Origin: an uncultured Thermoprotei archaeon
GTDB taxonomy: Archaea; Thermoproteota; Thermoprotei; Thermofilales; B15-G2
Reading direction: 5' to 3'
DNA: 64,000 nt
NCBI GenBank assembly: GCA_965367815.1
Contig: CBDUKN010000001.1
Location: 64,001-128,000 of the forward strand
The notes below the pieces were generated by a model. It had not been told where the DNA came from, made no database searches, and worked only from the letters and a program-made list of their open reading frames with translations. Shown piece by piece: positions 38,403-48,806 of this stretch; within the stretch, counting starts at the first letter, position 1; every line of letters begins with the position of its first letter. The translations under genes and the position numbers were made by a program.

Positions 38403-39378
38403 GTGATTAAAGTATCTTTAATTGGCACGAGAAGCGCTTCACTTAAGGTTTACTGGGAGACTTCTTTCGAGTAAATGACCTATGGGGCAGCACTTTTTGT
38501 CTAATGAATATGGTTGAGTCGACTGTGCAGCTGCAAGTCTTTACACTAAAGTAAATGTAGTCGAGTTATGTCATAGTGTATATCATATCGTGAAATTAGC
38601 GTCAAAGCTACTGAACATAAATCCTCAGGGGGATTAGTGTTCATGCTGGAGGATTAAACCACTTTATATGGACTACTGATATAGTCTATAAAGGAGAGTC
38701 CGTGTTCTCTGTCTTAACAAAGGAGTTATTTAATTCGAGCAAGTACAGTATTATGGAAAACACCCATACTCAATTAGACGCGAAGTCTACAAAGTTTTTA
38801 AGGTTCTGCCTACCTTGAGTGATAGACGATTCGCAGAGTTTTTCCCTTATTTAAGCTACTGGCTTAATCGCCTTAAATATGGTTCTGTATTGAAAAGAGT
38901 AAGTGGGGTCATAGATTTCGATAAAATGAGGCTCAGCGAGCACGTTGTCAGAAGACAAGGGGATGTTTTCTCTGCTGTAATTAAAGGTGAGAAGAAAATA
39001 AGGCCTTCGGAAGAATATGCTCTTGACATAATTTCAGCTTTCTCTAATGAGAAGAGATTGTCACTGCTAGCAGTTAATATACTTAATAAAGGAAGGTCTG
39101 ATAAGCGGGTTACCTAGTGAAATAGCTGTAGAAGTGCCTGCAGTAATCGACGGTAGGAAGATAGAGGGAGTTTCGGTAAAGCTACCCGATGCTGTTAAAG
39201 CTTGATTGAGGCTGCATTCTGAGAAATACCTGCTATTAGTCAAAGGGATGGTTGAGGGCTCTATAGAGCTAGTTGAGCAGGCAATGGTTCTGGATCCCTT
39301 AACGCCTTCACTCGAAGCTGCTGAAATATTTTGAAAATGTATCTAAGCGAATTAAAGAGACTTGGGATGATGCCTTAA
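38403..39378 (+). pseudogene. GH4 NAD-dependent glycosidase, heavily decayed
   Basis: Fragments in different frames: IKVSLIG, VVELCHSV, AGGLNHFIW (38645-38671), AVNILNKG, AVEVPAVIDG, AMVLDPLTPS. Confidence 0.75.
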
Positions 39379-39401
39379 GTGAGTAGTATAATATTTGCTC
39401 T

Positions 39402-40427
39402 GTGCGGAAACAGAACATGAACAGAAATTTCTCTGTTCTAAACTATCTTCGCAAATTAGAGAGTGAAAATAAACCTTTACTTGAGTTCAAGGCGAAAAGT
39501 TTCGACGAGTGGAGGGAGTGGAGAGAGAAGCTTAAGAGTAAGTTAATAGAGCTTCTCGGAGGTTTTCCTGAAGAAAAAGTTCCTCTAAACCCTGAGGTAG
39601 TCGAGTCCTTTGAGAAAGACAGTATTATTGTAGAGAAAGTAGTCTATGATACTGAGGAGAACTTTAGTGTTCCTGCTTATCTTCTCAAGCCAGCCGACCT
39701 TAAGGGTAAAGCTCCGGGTATTCTTGCGCTTCATGGTCATGGGCGAGGTAAAGTTGATGTGGCCGGGATAGCTTCAAGTGAAATAGAGTACCAGAGATAT
39801 ATTGCTCCGCTGAACTACGATTATGGCTTCAAGCTAGCTAAGAGAGGCTTCGTGGTACTAGTGCCTGATGGGAGATGCTTTGGCGAGCTGTCGAAGGATG
39901 GCGTGACCTGCACATGGGGATTTACTTCTTCTCTTTTGTTGGGCAAAACTATGGTTGGGCAAAGAGTATGGGACGCCATTAGATCTATTGATTATCTTCA
40001 ATTGCTGCCTTTCGTAGATAAGGAGAAGATAGGCTGTGTAGGGTTATCTTGGGGCGGCACGTGGACTGCCTATACGAGTGCACTCGACGAGAGGATAAAG
40101 GTGGCTGTTATAAGCGGATACTTCAGCACTTTTAGGGACATGCTTATTGAGAGAGGAGAGTGTCCCTGCCAGTATATACCGGGCATACTCAAGTACGCTG
40201 ATTTTCCCGATATTGTGGGCTTAATTGCTCCTCGACCACTCTTAATAGAGTACGGTAAAAGAGATCCTCTTTATACACCGTCTTACGTTATGAAGGCTTA
40301 TGAAAAGCTTAAGAGGATTTATGACTTCCTTGGTGCGGGCGACAAGCTAGACATAGATGTATTTGATGGAGGACACATGTTTTCAGGGAGAAAGTCTATA
40401 GCTTGGCTAGAGAGGTGGCTAAAGTGA
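39402..40427 (+). CDS. Alpha/beta hydrolase (dienelactone hydrolase/carbohydrate esterase-like)
   Basis: LALHGHG, GLSWGG nucleophile elbow, IAPRPLL, DGGH. Confidence 0.85.
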   Translation: MRKQNMNRNFSVLNYLRKLESENKPLLEFKAKSFDEWREWREKLKSKLIELLGGFPEEKVPLNPEVVESFEKDSIIVEKVVYDTEENFSVPAYLLKPADLKGKAPGILALHGHGRGKVDVAGIASSEIEYQRYIAPLNYDYGFKLAKRGFVVLVPDGRCFGELSKDGVTCTWGFTSSLLLGKTMVGQRVWDAIRSIDYLQLLPFVDKEKIGCVGLSWGGTWTAYTSALDERIKVAVISGYFSTFRDMLIERGECPCQYIPGILKYADFPDIVGLIAPRPLLIEYGKRDPLYTPSYVMKAYEKLKRIYDFLGAGDKLDIDVFDGGHMFSGRKSIAWLERWLK

Positions 40428-41726
40428 AACTATTTTCTCGAAGAGCGAGTATAGGAGAGCTTTTTCTGGCTCGCTGTGAGCTTTTTTAATCAAAATAAAG
40501 AGGCCCCGGTCTCCTTCTTCGAGGAAAGAGAGCATTTCTCTTGCAATTAAATACGTTTTCCTTAAGCCTTTTTCTGTAGTTAAATCTGTTAAGTTATCGA
40601 AGACTAACAGGAATGGGTAGCGGCAGCGGCTGCGCATTTTTCTAAGTAAGTATATTATATGTGCTTGTTCAGCCGATACTTCGTATTCTCGGTCACTTAT
40701 TTGTTTAGGATAGCTTACAGGTTCTAGGTAGCAGAAAATAATAGGCAAGTTTTCTTCACTTAGTTTCTCTCTTAAGGGGCTTTTCTTCTTAGTAAAGATT
40801 ATTGTACAGTATTCTTTGGCCTGTAGAGTATTCTTAATTACGCTCGCTGCGTCACTAGGTGTGTCTACTTCAAGTAGTATGCTTTTGTCTGCCGAGACTT
40901 TCATATGTGAAGTACTTGCTGAAGCCAGGAGAGTTACGGGTGTAAAGCTGCTCCAAGTTAGTGCCATTATCAGTACGCCGAGAGCAACTATTTCGAAAGA
41001 TTTCTTGAGAAAGAATAGTGATAGTTGAGAATATGCGTAGAGATCTTCGAGAATATAGAGCGAGAGAACAATTATGAAAAAGAGTCCACTAAGTCTATAG
41101 AAGTCTATTATTAGCTGAATTGACCAGTTATCTGATCCTCTTGTGAAAAGCATTAGGGTCCACACGACTACTGCAGCTAGCATACATGTCTCGGGAAAAA
41201 TATCTTGTAATAGCTTGTTGAATGAAGGATACGTGTATCCTCCTCCTATACTGACTATAACAAATGTCAGTACTAGTAGAATAGCTGTAATAGTAGTTCC
41301 AACAGAAGAAACTGGAGTTATTGCTGGTTCGTGGACTGTTATTTTCTTTAGCCATAAGTATATTCCTATGGCTAGAAAAAGAGCTCCTGTTAGAGGTGGT
41401 ATCTTAAGTGTAAAGAGTTGCCCGTATTCTCTTATAGTCGCTAATTCGTCGCAGAGATCTAGTATTGTGGAGAGTGTTAAGAGGAGTACTCCTCTGAATA
41501 CAAGTCTCCACTCCGAGAACCTGTATTCGGGTCTTTTTAAGTAGACTATAGTTGTGTGAATAGATGCGTTTAGGATAATCATTGTGACAAAAATTTTCAT
41601 GTACAGTTTGTCCCACAATATAGTGAATCTAGGCATTATGTACCCTTGGGCAAATAGCCAAATGATAGTCGAGGCAGTCAAGGCGAGTACTCCGTAAAAT
41701 ACTGTATTTTCGATAACTCTTTTCAC
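40419..41726 (-). CDS. Polytopic membrane protein with C-terminal DUF835 (inactive KaiC-like) domain
   Basis: ~8 TM helices, then LLVFDNLTDL...KKAHSEPE. Confidence 0.7.
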   Translation of the reverse strand: MKRVIENTVFYGVLALTASTIIWLFAQGYIMPRFTILWDKLYMKIFVTMIILNASIHTTIVYLKRPEYRFSEWRLVFRGVLLLTLSTILDLCDELATIREYGQLFTLKIPPLTGALFLAIGIYLWLKKITVHEPAITPVSSVGTTITAILLVLTFVIVSIGGGYTYPSFNKLLQDIFPETCMLAAVVVWTLMLFTRGSDNWSIQLIIDFYRLSGLFFIIVLSLYILEDLYAYSQLSLFFLKKSFEIVALGVLIMALTWSSFTPVTLLASASTSHMKVSADKSILLEVDTPSDAASVIKNTLQAKEYCTIIFTKKKSPLREKLSEENLPIIFCYLEPVSYPKQISDREYEVSAEQAHIIYLLRKMRSRCRYPFLLVFDNLTDLTTEKGLRKTYLIAREMLSFLEEGDRGLFILIKKAHSEPEKALLYSLFEKIVSL

Positions 41727-41749
41727 TAGGTATATTTCGAGTGCCTAAT

Positions 41750-43039
41750 TTAAATCTCTAAGTATGTTCTTGTAAGCGACTTAAGTACTTCAATGTTCTT
41801 TTCTTCATGGGCTTTTACATAGACTATGAAGTATACAATATCTCCAGGTGAGAGAATACTGCTTATTTCTTTCACTATTTCATAGGACTTTTTATCTCCT
41901 CTCATTATATAAATATCTGTTAAGTTATCAAAAATTATTAGAACATTTGTTTTACTCGAAGACTTTACGGTTTTAACAAGCTTTACAATATGTGCAGTTT
42001 CTGGAGGTAAAGTGAACTCTGTAGGAGATATGCTCCGCGGATAAGAGGTTTCTGGGTCTAAATATGCTATAAATGATTTTTCTCGGAATTCGTAAAATAT
42101 CGATAAAAGAGGGCTTCCCCTCCTTGTTATAACTAGTATTGAGTAGCCTTGACGAGCATACGATGCTAGAATATCCCTGATATACTCAGAGTAGCCTACA
42201 ATAGATGTTATTCCTAAGAGAACTGATTCGCTGTATCTTCTTGTAATGGGCATTGAGGCCCCTATAAGTAGCATAGAGCCTCCGATGAAAATAAGTAAAG
42301 CTATGTTTACTGCTGTAAAACTTACTACTGCATCTATTATGCTGAAGTACCCTTTTGCAAATGCCAGTATTTTAATTAAAGTATAGGATGCTTCAAAAAC
42401 AAAGCCCAGCGCGATTAGCAGTTTAAAGGCCTCAATAGGATATGAATAGCTTTTGTAGTTATATGTTAAATAAAAACTGTATAATAAAGTAGCCTTAAAA
42501 ATAATTATATTTAATATTACTTCAACATAATCGTTCTCTATGCAATATGGAATATTTTCCTTAAATGTAATACTTATTATTGATGAAGAAATAGATAATA
42601 TGACGATTATTGCTAGTGAAAATACTATAAATGGCTTGAAAGTACGCGAAGTACTTTTTATAACACCTACTTTAATAAAATAGTTTTTCGTAGAGAGAAA
42701 TAGTATAGTAATTCCTATTGCGAAGCCGACGTTGCTAAGCAAGTACTTTAAGAATATTATGTCAGGTGAATAATACAGTGTTTCAGCTATAAGAGATAGC
42801 GCCACTACCATTAGTCCAGAAAAAATTTCTACTTGTTCTTTTTCGAAAGAATGTCCTGAAAGTATTAGTCCTATTAAACTTGACGCTACAAAGAATATGC
42901 AGATGTAAAAGGATAAGAGACTTAGTGAGAAGATTTCAAGAGAAAGGTAAGCTTTTCTTCCTCTGAAGAAAAGATATATTAAAAGGAGAATTGATAAAGA
43001 GAGCCAGCCTAAAACTATTTTATCGCGGTCTATTCTCAT
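41750..43039 (-). CDS. Polytopic membrane protein with C-terminal DUF835 domain (paralogue)
   Basis: ~8 TM helices, then ILVITR, LIIFDNLTDI, KAHEEK. Confidence 0.7.
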   Translation of the reverse strand: MRIDRDKIVLGWLSLSILLLIYLFFRGRKAYLSLEIFSLSLLSFYICIFFVASSLIGLILSGHSFEKEQVEIFSGLMVVALSLIAETLYYSPDIIFLKYLLSNVGFAIGITILFLSTKNYFIKVGVIKSTSRTFKPFIVFSLAIIVILSISSSIISITFKENIPYCIENDYVEVILNIIIFKATLLYSFYLTYNYKSYSYPIEAFKLLIALGFVFEASYTLIKILAFAKGYFSIIDAVVSFTAVNIALLIFIGGSMLLIGASMPITRRYSESVLLGITSIVGYSEYIRDILASYARQGYSILVITRRGSPLLSIFYEFREKSFIAYLDPETSYPRSISPTEFTLPPETAHIVKLVKTVKSSSKTNVLIIFDNLTDIYIMRGDKKSYEIVKEISSILSPGDIVYFIVYVKAHEEKNIEVLKSLTRTYLEI

Positions 43040-43725
43040 GGCTTAAATGGCGCTAACACTTCGAAGCCTTTATCAGTAATCGATATCTCATAGTATGCTC
43101 TACTGTGTCCAGCAACTCTGTTCTTAAGAACTGTCAGTCTTAAAGTATATCCTTCTGCTCGCTCGTATTGCTCTAGCTTAATAATAGTATCACACATGAA
43201 TTCTTCTACGCCAACTGTAGGCGACTTACCTGTAAGTGAGATTTCTCCTACAAGAATTCCAAGAAGCTTTTTGTCTATAATATGTTTATAAAGTGACCCC
43301 AGAATACCTCTTACTTTGACTACCGGTATAAAATTAACTAGAGAAGTTATACTGTCTAAAGCTATGTTAGAGAATTCTCCTGTCTCTACTTTGGCTAAGA
43401 CTTCTTCCAGCAAAGTAGCAACTATATTTTCCTCTGAAATCGGTGTACCATAAGCTACTTCAATTAAGTTATTTTCTACTAGTTTTTCGAAGTCTATACC
43501 CATTGACTTCAATCTGGAGATAAGGAGAGAGGGGTGTTCTGAGGTGCATATATAGAGTCCTTTTTCACTATGTTTCTTAGCTCTCTCGTAGAGAATCTGG
43601 GCACAAAGTGTTGTTTTTCCTGTACCAGTATGTCCCACTAGGTACACGACTCCAGGTCTAGGTAATCCCCCTCCTAGCACTTCATCGAGTCCAGGAATAT
43701 AGGTTTTGATCAGCTCGACGTGCAT
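43036..43725 (-). CDS. KaiC/RAD55-like RecA-superfamily ATPase
   Basis: TYIPGLDEVLGGGLP, GHTGTGKT, IALDSIT, LTVLKNR, ITDKG. Confidence 0.9.
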   Translation of the reverse strand: MHVELIKTYIPGLDEVLGGGLPRPGVVYLVGHTGTGKTTLCAQILYERAKKHSEKGLYICTSEHPSLLISRLKSMGIDFEKLVENNLIEVAYGTPISEENIVATLLEEVLAKVETGEFSNIALDSITSLVNFIPVVKVRGILGSLYKHIIDKKLLGILVGEISLTGKSPTVGVEEFMCDTIIKLEQYERAEGYTLRLTVLKNRVAGHSRAYYEISITDKGFEVLAPFKP

Positions 43726-43802
43726 ACTAGACCACTACATATTAAATCCGCTAGGCTATTAAAATATAGTTTAGAGAATCAGTTAAAGTATTGTTTGGTG
43801 AA

Positions 43803-44432
43803 TTATATGCCTATGGAAATTATTCTGCGGTAAAGGCTTAAATGATTTAATGTCTCAGGATTTTTAACTAATATAGCTTTTATTCTAAGAGATACTGGTA
43901 TTTTATAGTCGTAAGTAAAGTTGTCTCCTATGTGCACTATCGAGCTTGCAGGTACTTTAAGATCTTTAACAACTCTTGCGTAAAAACTTCTAGTTTTTCT
44001 TACTAAGGAGTAGTCACTTACACACGAATATATTTCCCTAAAGTAGCTTCTAATAGAGAGGTAGTCTAGGATACTAGTGGCTAGTTCTCTAGGAGCATTA
44101 GTGCAGAGAATTATCTTAATTTTCATTTTAGATAGAGTGTGTAAAAGGGGTTTCACATAAGGATATGGTTTACTTTCTCCAAAAGCTTCGTGTATTAGCT
44201 CGTTTAAGCTCTTTTTAATACCTAGGCACTTCAGCCAAAAATCGGGTAAGTACCATCTTATGTCGCTATCGCCTATTTCATCGTACTTTGAGTAGACGAT
44301 TCTCTTAGCTTCATTTAACTTTAAGCCCTTTTCTTCAGCATATGTTCTCGGTATTACTTCAAGCCAGAAATAGTCATTGTACTTTCTATCGATAATAGTT
44401 CCATCAAGATCAAAGGATACTACTCTTAGCAT
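43803..44432 (-). CDS. HAD-superfamily hydrolase
   Basis: SFDLDGT, CTNA, HIGDNFTYD. Confidence 0.88.
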   Translation of the reverse strand: MLRVVSFDLDGTIIDRKYNDYFWLEVIPRTYAEEKGLKLNEAKRIVYSKYDEIGDSDIRWYLPDFWLKCLGIKKSLNELIHEAFGESKPYPYVKPLLHTLSKMKIKIILCTNAPRELATSILDYLSIRSYFREIYSCVSDYSLVRKTRSFYARVVKDLKVPASSIVHIGDNFTYDYKIPVSLRIKAILVKNPETLNHLSLYRRIISIGI

Positions 44433-44437
44433 AACTA

Positions 44438-45550
44438 CTACACTTTCCAGTCTTTAGGAGGCTCTCTTTTTGTAGATACTCGAATGAAGCTGAGTATTAG
44501 TATTAAAAGCCATATTGGCGAGTAAATGAAGTAATACAGAAGGAACTCATACATCTTGAACTCATATTCGAGTTTTCTAGCAAAATAGTAGAAAACAGCA
44601 GTTATCGCAGCAGTAGCTATAATTAGCGGTATTAGGTTTCTGTGAAGAGAGTATCCTAGAGAAATTAGAACTAGGATAATTAAAAGAGGATCATATTTCA
44701 GCGCAGTAAGCAGAATAAAGGTTACTACAAGATATTCTCCCAGAGTTAGGCTCAATGAAATAAATGTGAAGAAGATCACTAGCGAGGGAATTAGCATCAG
44801 TAGTCCGAGTATTGTTAGTAGAGGGTTCTCTTTAACGAATTTTGCTAGTTCTTTCCAGTACTTAAAAATCCACTGAGCTACACCATATCCCCATCTCCTT
44901 CTCTGCTTAAACCACGTTTTCCAAGAAGGAGGGGCAGGCATATACACAGAGAGATTATTGAGAAACATGTACTTCATTCCATGTAGATACGACTTTGTGC
45001 CTATATCTAAGTCTTCGCAAACTACTCTAGAAAATCCCCCTATTTTTTCGAATGCGCTTTTCTTAATGGCAAATGCTGCGCCATTGACTGCCAAACATTT
45101 ACTTAATTTACGTGAAAAAACCCAGTTAATAGCGCTATAGCTTAGGTAGTCGTAGTGAACAAGTCTCGAGAGTACTCCTTTTCTAAAAACTCTTTTGCTC
45201 ATTTCAACTACTTCATAGTGGTTTGTAGCGTGGGCTATTTCCGCCAAGAAACTGTTCTTGGGTTTTATTTGGGCAATGTCGCTGTCTATAAAAACAAGTA
45301 TGTCTCCCGAGGCTTGCTTAACTGCGTTATTGAGCGCCGTAACTTTCCCTAAACGCGTTTTATTGAAGATAAATTTTACTTTATCTTTGTACTTGTCTGC
45401 CAGCTTTAGGCTTTTTACTGTAGGCTCGTCTACGATAACAATTACTTCCTTTTTCTCATAGGGGTCTTTGAGAAGCTGGTCAAGTAGACTTTGAAGCTGG
45501 TCTGATTCTCTGTAGACGGGTATTAGTACGCTGATCAGCGGAGTGTCCAT
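44438..45550 (-). CDS. GT2 family membrane glycosyltransferase
   Basis: SVLIPVY, FIDSD, CEDLD, QRRRW, C-terminal TM helices. Confidence 0.9.
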   Translation of the reverse strand: MDTPLISVLIPVYRESDQLQSLLDQLLKDPYEKKEVIVIVDEPTVKSLKLADKYKDKVKFIFNKTRLGKVTALNNAVKQASGDILVFIDSDIAQIKPKNSFLAEIAHATNHYEVVEMSKRVFRKGVLSRLVHYDYLSYSAINWVFSRKLSKCLAVNGAAFAIKKSAFEKIGGFSRVVCEDLDIGTKSYLHGMKYMFLNNLSVYMPAPPSWKTWFKQRRRWGYGVAQWIFKYWKELAKFVKENPLLTILGLLMLIPSLVIFFTFISLSLTLGEYLVVTFILLTALKYDPLLIILVLISLGYSLHRNLIPLIIATAAITAVFYYFARKLEYEFKMYEFLLYYFIYSPIWLLILILSFIRVSTKREPPKDWKV

Positions 45551-45630
45551 AGCGTAGTATTAAAGACAGTAGATAATATATTCTCTTGCTCTTCGGGTAA
45601 TTTATTAAACTTAATGCATGCAGATAGTAC

Positions 45631-46464
45631 GTGTTAGTTAGAGAGTTCACGCTATCCGACTTCAAGCAAGTAGACGACTTGCTATCTTCAACTTACGCAG
45701 GCTTTACGACACTTAAAAACGTGTCCGATATACTATACTTTCAGGGAAAATATCCTCACTTGTCGCTTGTCGCAGAAGATGAAGAGTTCATAGGACATAT
45801 TTTTGCAATAGAGTTCACGAGAAGAAAACCTTTGCTCTTCAGAAAAGTTAAAGGAAAATGTTATGAGCTGAAATGCTTTTTAATGCGTCCTAAGTACTGG
45901 AGAGACCAGTACTTGAGCGAAATTATGGACTGGTTTCTTAAAAAACTTGAAAAATACTTTGTTAAAGGAATAGTTGCTGAAGTAGAGCTTCACCAGATTG
46001 AAGCAGTAGAGTTTCTTTTCAGAAGTGGGATGAGAATTCACGAAGTAAGCTATTTTAAGCCCGTAGAGAAGAAAGAACAGTATTTTAAGCCTACTGAAAT
46101 AGAGGACATAGGTTATTTGAAGGACTTCGAGCTACATAGTGTTTCGGACTATAAGTTATCTGAAGAGGATTTAGAGAAGCATACAACTTTTTACGTGAAT
46201 CGAGAAAATGAGGGCAAGTGTCTAGTAGTTGTTAGAAAAGAAAACGATATCGGTAGAATTACGTATTTAGCGGTATCTAGAAATGCTCTTTCTTCTGGAC
46301 TTTTCTCTAAAGTTCTCGACTCTATAGTTAGCGAGCTGTACTACCTTGGGGCAGAAATTCTTGTCTTGGACTGCTTAGTTGAGAAAAGAGAATTCAGGAG
46401 GTATTTAAGAGAACTAGGCTTTTATCCCTTCTCGTGCTTCCTTTACATGGTGTTAAGAGACTAA
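45631..46464 (+). CDS. Tandem GNAT-fold protein
   Basis: VREFT start, SLVAED..FIGH, RITYLAV...LRELGF. Confidence 0.6.
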   Translation: MLVREFTLSDFKQVDDLLSSTYAGFTTLKNVSDILYFQGKYPHLSLVAEDEEFIGHIFAIEFTRRKPLLFRKVKGKCYELKCFLMRPKYWRDQYLSEIMDWFLKKLEKYFVKGIVAEVELHQIEAVEFLFRSGMRIHEVSYFKPVEKKEQYFKPTEIEDIGYLKDFELHSVSDYKLSEEDLEKHTTFYVNRENEGKCLVVVRKENDIGRITYLAVSRNALSSGLFSKVLDSIVSELYYLGAEILVLDCLVEKREFRRYLRELGFYPFSCFLYMVLRD

Positions 46465-48576
46465 AGTCTGTAATAAAAGTCCTGTATAGTAAACTGTGAG
46501 TGAGACGACTGTAGCTAAAGCTACCATATATATTGTTGCGAAAATAGTGGTTCTTAAGCTTCTGCTTTCGAAAAATATTGCAGCTAAAGTAGCTAAGCAG
46601 GGAACATAGAGTGTCATGAAAACTAAGAGAGAGTATGCCTGTAGTGGAGTTAAGCCTAGTGCTAATAGTGCTTCACGAGTAGAGAGAGTACCACCGTACA
46701 TTACGGCTATTGTTTCCACCAGAGCTTCTTTAGCAACAAATCCCTGTAGAAGTGCAAAAGCTGTTTTCCAGGCGTTTTCTCCGTAAATGCCATAGAGCGC
46801 TAGCAGTGGAGCCAGAGTCTTACCAATTATTGCTCCAAAGCTTTCTTCTACACTGCTTGCTAGCCCTGAGGGACTGTAGCTTAGTAGCCACCACGTAGCT
46901 ACGCTTAAAGCCACTATTATTGTACCTGCTTTTCTCAGGAAGTGCTTGCTGTAATCCCATGTGAGCCACCAAACTACTTTGAGTGAAGGCTTGTGTATTG
47001 GAGGTATTTCGAGAATTAGTTCGGGAGGCTCTTTCTTTTTAAACCGAAGTGCTCGCATTAAAAGTGACGTAAGTAGTGTGAGAAAAATGGCTATGATGTA
47101 TATGCTGACTATAGCGAAAGCTTGGTGAAGAGGGGAAGTAAAGTAAGCTGTAGTAAAAGCTAAGATAACTAATAGTCTTGCTTGACAAGGTATAATAGGT
47201 GCTGAAAATATGATCTGTCTTCTTTCCTCTTCTTCTATCGATGCTCTAGAAGCCATTACTGCGGGAACATTACATCCTAAGCCTATTATCAGGGGATATA
47301 TTGCTTTGCCTGAAAGCCCGAAGTAGTTGAAGAATCTATTTACCGATACAGCTATACGGGGACCTATACCGCTATCTTCTATTATCGAGAGAGCGATGTA
47401 TATTACTACGATAAGAGGGAAGAATGAAAGTACGCTGCCTACACCTGGTACTATTCCGTCTACTACAAGCGATACTAGCCAGTCAGGTAGCTTAGCCCGC
47501 ACCATTATTTGCCTTAAAATGTCGCTCAAGTAGTTGAAGACAGTGTCTATTAGCCCGCTTAAGCTGTATTCTTCTACTACTTCGGCGGCTTCAGAAAATC
47601 CCATGAAGTCGAGTAATATATTCAGCGGAAAGCCCGTATTCAGCGCAAAGGCTGCTGTAAAAGCTAGAAGAAGAACTAAAAGCCCTAGTGGGGGGCCGTA
47701 AACAGGGTGTATTAAAAGCTTTTCGAGTAGAGATTCCTCGGATACTGCAGAAGTCTTGACTCTCACAACAACTTCTCTAGCAATAGAGTCTACGAGATTA
47801 AATCTAGACGTAATAACATGTTCGCCTATGTCTTTTCCAGTGCTTCTAGTAATAGCGGTTCTCAAACGCCTTATTTCTTCTATTAGCTTTTCAAAGCCTC
47901 TTTGTTCAAGTATTTCTTCTAGCCTCAAGTCTCCTTCAAGAAGCTTTACAGCAGCCCATCGTCGATCGTACTCAGGTAAAGCATTATACTTGCTCAGCAG
48001 AGACTCTACTTCAGCTATATGGGGCTCTAGCCACGAATAGTTTACTTTTAAGGGCTTTTTCCTGCCTTTTTTCCCTTCAGCTACATCGACTACTGCATCG
48101 AGAAGTTCTCTCAGTCCTGTACCTTCTAGAGCCGAAACTAAGACTACAGGGACACCAAGCTTTTCTTCAAGTTTATTGACGTGTATGTGTATTCCTAAAC
48201 TGTGAGCAGAGTCAGCTTTAGTCAGCGCTACGACAACTCTAGGTGTTAACTCAAGAACCTGTATAGCTAAATTTAGTGTTCTTTCAGGAGCTGTAGAGTC
48301 TACTAAAACTAAAACTACATCGGGTTCTCCGCTGACAATATATTCTCTGGCAACGATTTCTTCAGGTGAAGTAGCCGAAATAGAGTATGTTCCAGGTAAA
48401 TCAACAAATCTTATTTTTTTTCCTCGGTATTCTCTAAAGCCTTCTTTCCGTTCAACAGTTGTTCCAGGCCAGTTAGCTACATGTGCTATTTCTCCAGTTA
48501 AAATAGTGAATAGCGTGGACTTGCCTACATTAGGATTTCCTGCTACTGCTACAACTATTACCTTCTTCTCCGACAT
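46453..48576 (-). CDS. feoB: Ferrous iron transporter B
   Basis: GNPNVGKS, VANWPGTTVE, DLPGTYS, GLGCNVPA, PCQAR, LYVPC. Confidence 0.95.
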   Translation of the reverse strand: MSEKKVIVVAVAGNPNVGKSTLFTILTGEIAHVANWPGTTVERKEGFREYRGKKIRFVDLPGTYSISATSPEEIVAREYIVSGEPDVVLVLVDSTAPERTLNLAIQVLELTPRVVVALTKADSAHSLGIHIHVNKLEEKLGVPVVLVSALEGTGLRELLDAVVDVAEGKKGRKKPLKVNYSWLEPHIAEVESLLSKYNALPEYDRRWAAVKLLEGDLRLEEILEQRGFEKLIEEIRRLRTAITRSTGKDIGEHVITSRFNLVDSIAREVVVRVKTSAVSEESLLEKLLIHPVYGPPLGLLVLLLAFTAAFALNTGFPLNILLDFMGFSEAAEVVEEYSLSGLIDTVFNYLSDILRQIMVRAKLPDWLVSLVVDGIVPGVGSVLSFFPLIVVIYIALSIIEDSGIGPRIAVSVNRFFNYFGLSGKAIYPLIIGLGCNVPAVMASRASIEEEERRQIIFSAPIIPCQARLLVILAFTTAYFTSPLHQAFAIVSIYIIAIFLTLLTSLLMRALRFKKKEPPELILEIPPIHKPSLKVVWWLTWDYSKHFLRKAGTIIVALSVATWWLLSYSPSGLASSVEESFGAIIGKTLAPLLALYGIYGENAWKTAFALLQGFVAKEALVETIAVMYGGTLSTREALLALGLTPLQAYSLLVFMTLYVPCLATLAAIFFESRSLRTTIFATIYMVALATVVSLTVYYTGLLLQTLVS

Positions 48577-48581
48577 TTAGC

Positions 48582-48806
48582 TCAACCTATAGGCTGAACT
48601 ATAATCTTTCTCGCAACTCCTCTCCCGAGAGCAATAACTACTCCTCTTACTCTAACTAAAAGAGGTCCAGGTCCGCTGTTAACTACCTCTACTATAGTTC
48701 CTGGAGTAAATCCCATTTCCATAAGTCTTCTACTTAAACCGTAGCCTCCCGCTACTCCCAAAATACGTGCTCTTGTGCCTGGAGGCAAGCTCTCTAAAGA
48801 AATCAT
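48582..48806 (-). CDS. feoA: Ferrous iron transport protein A
   Basis: RRLMEMGFTPG...IALGRGVARKI; directly upstream of feoB. Confidence 0.92.
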   Translation of the reverse strand: MISLESLPPGTRARILGVAGGYGLSRRLMEMGFTPGTIVEVVNSGPGPLLVRVRGVVIALGRGVARKIIVQPIG

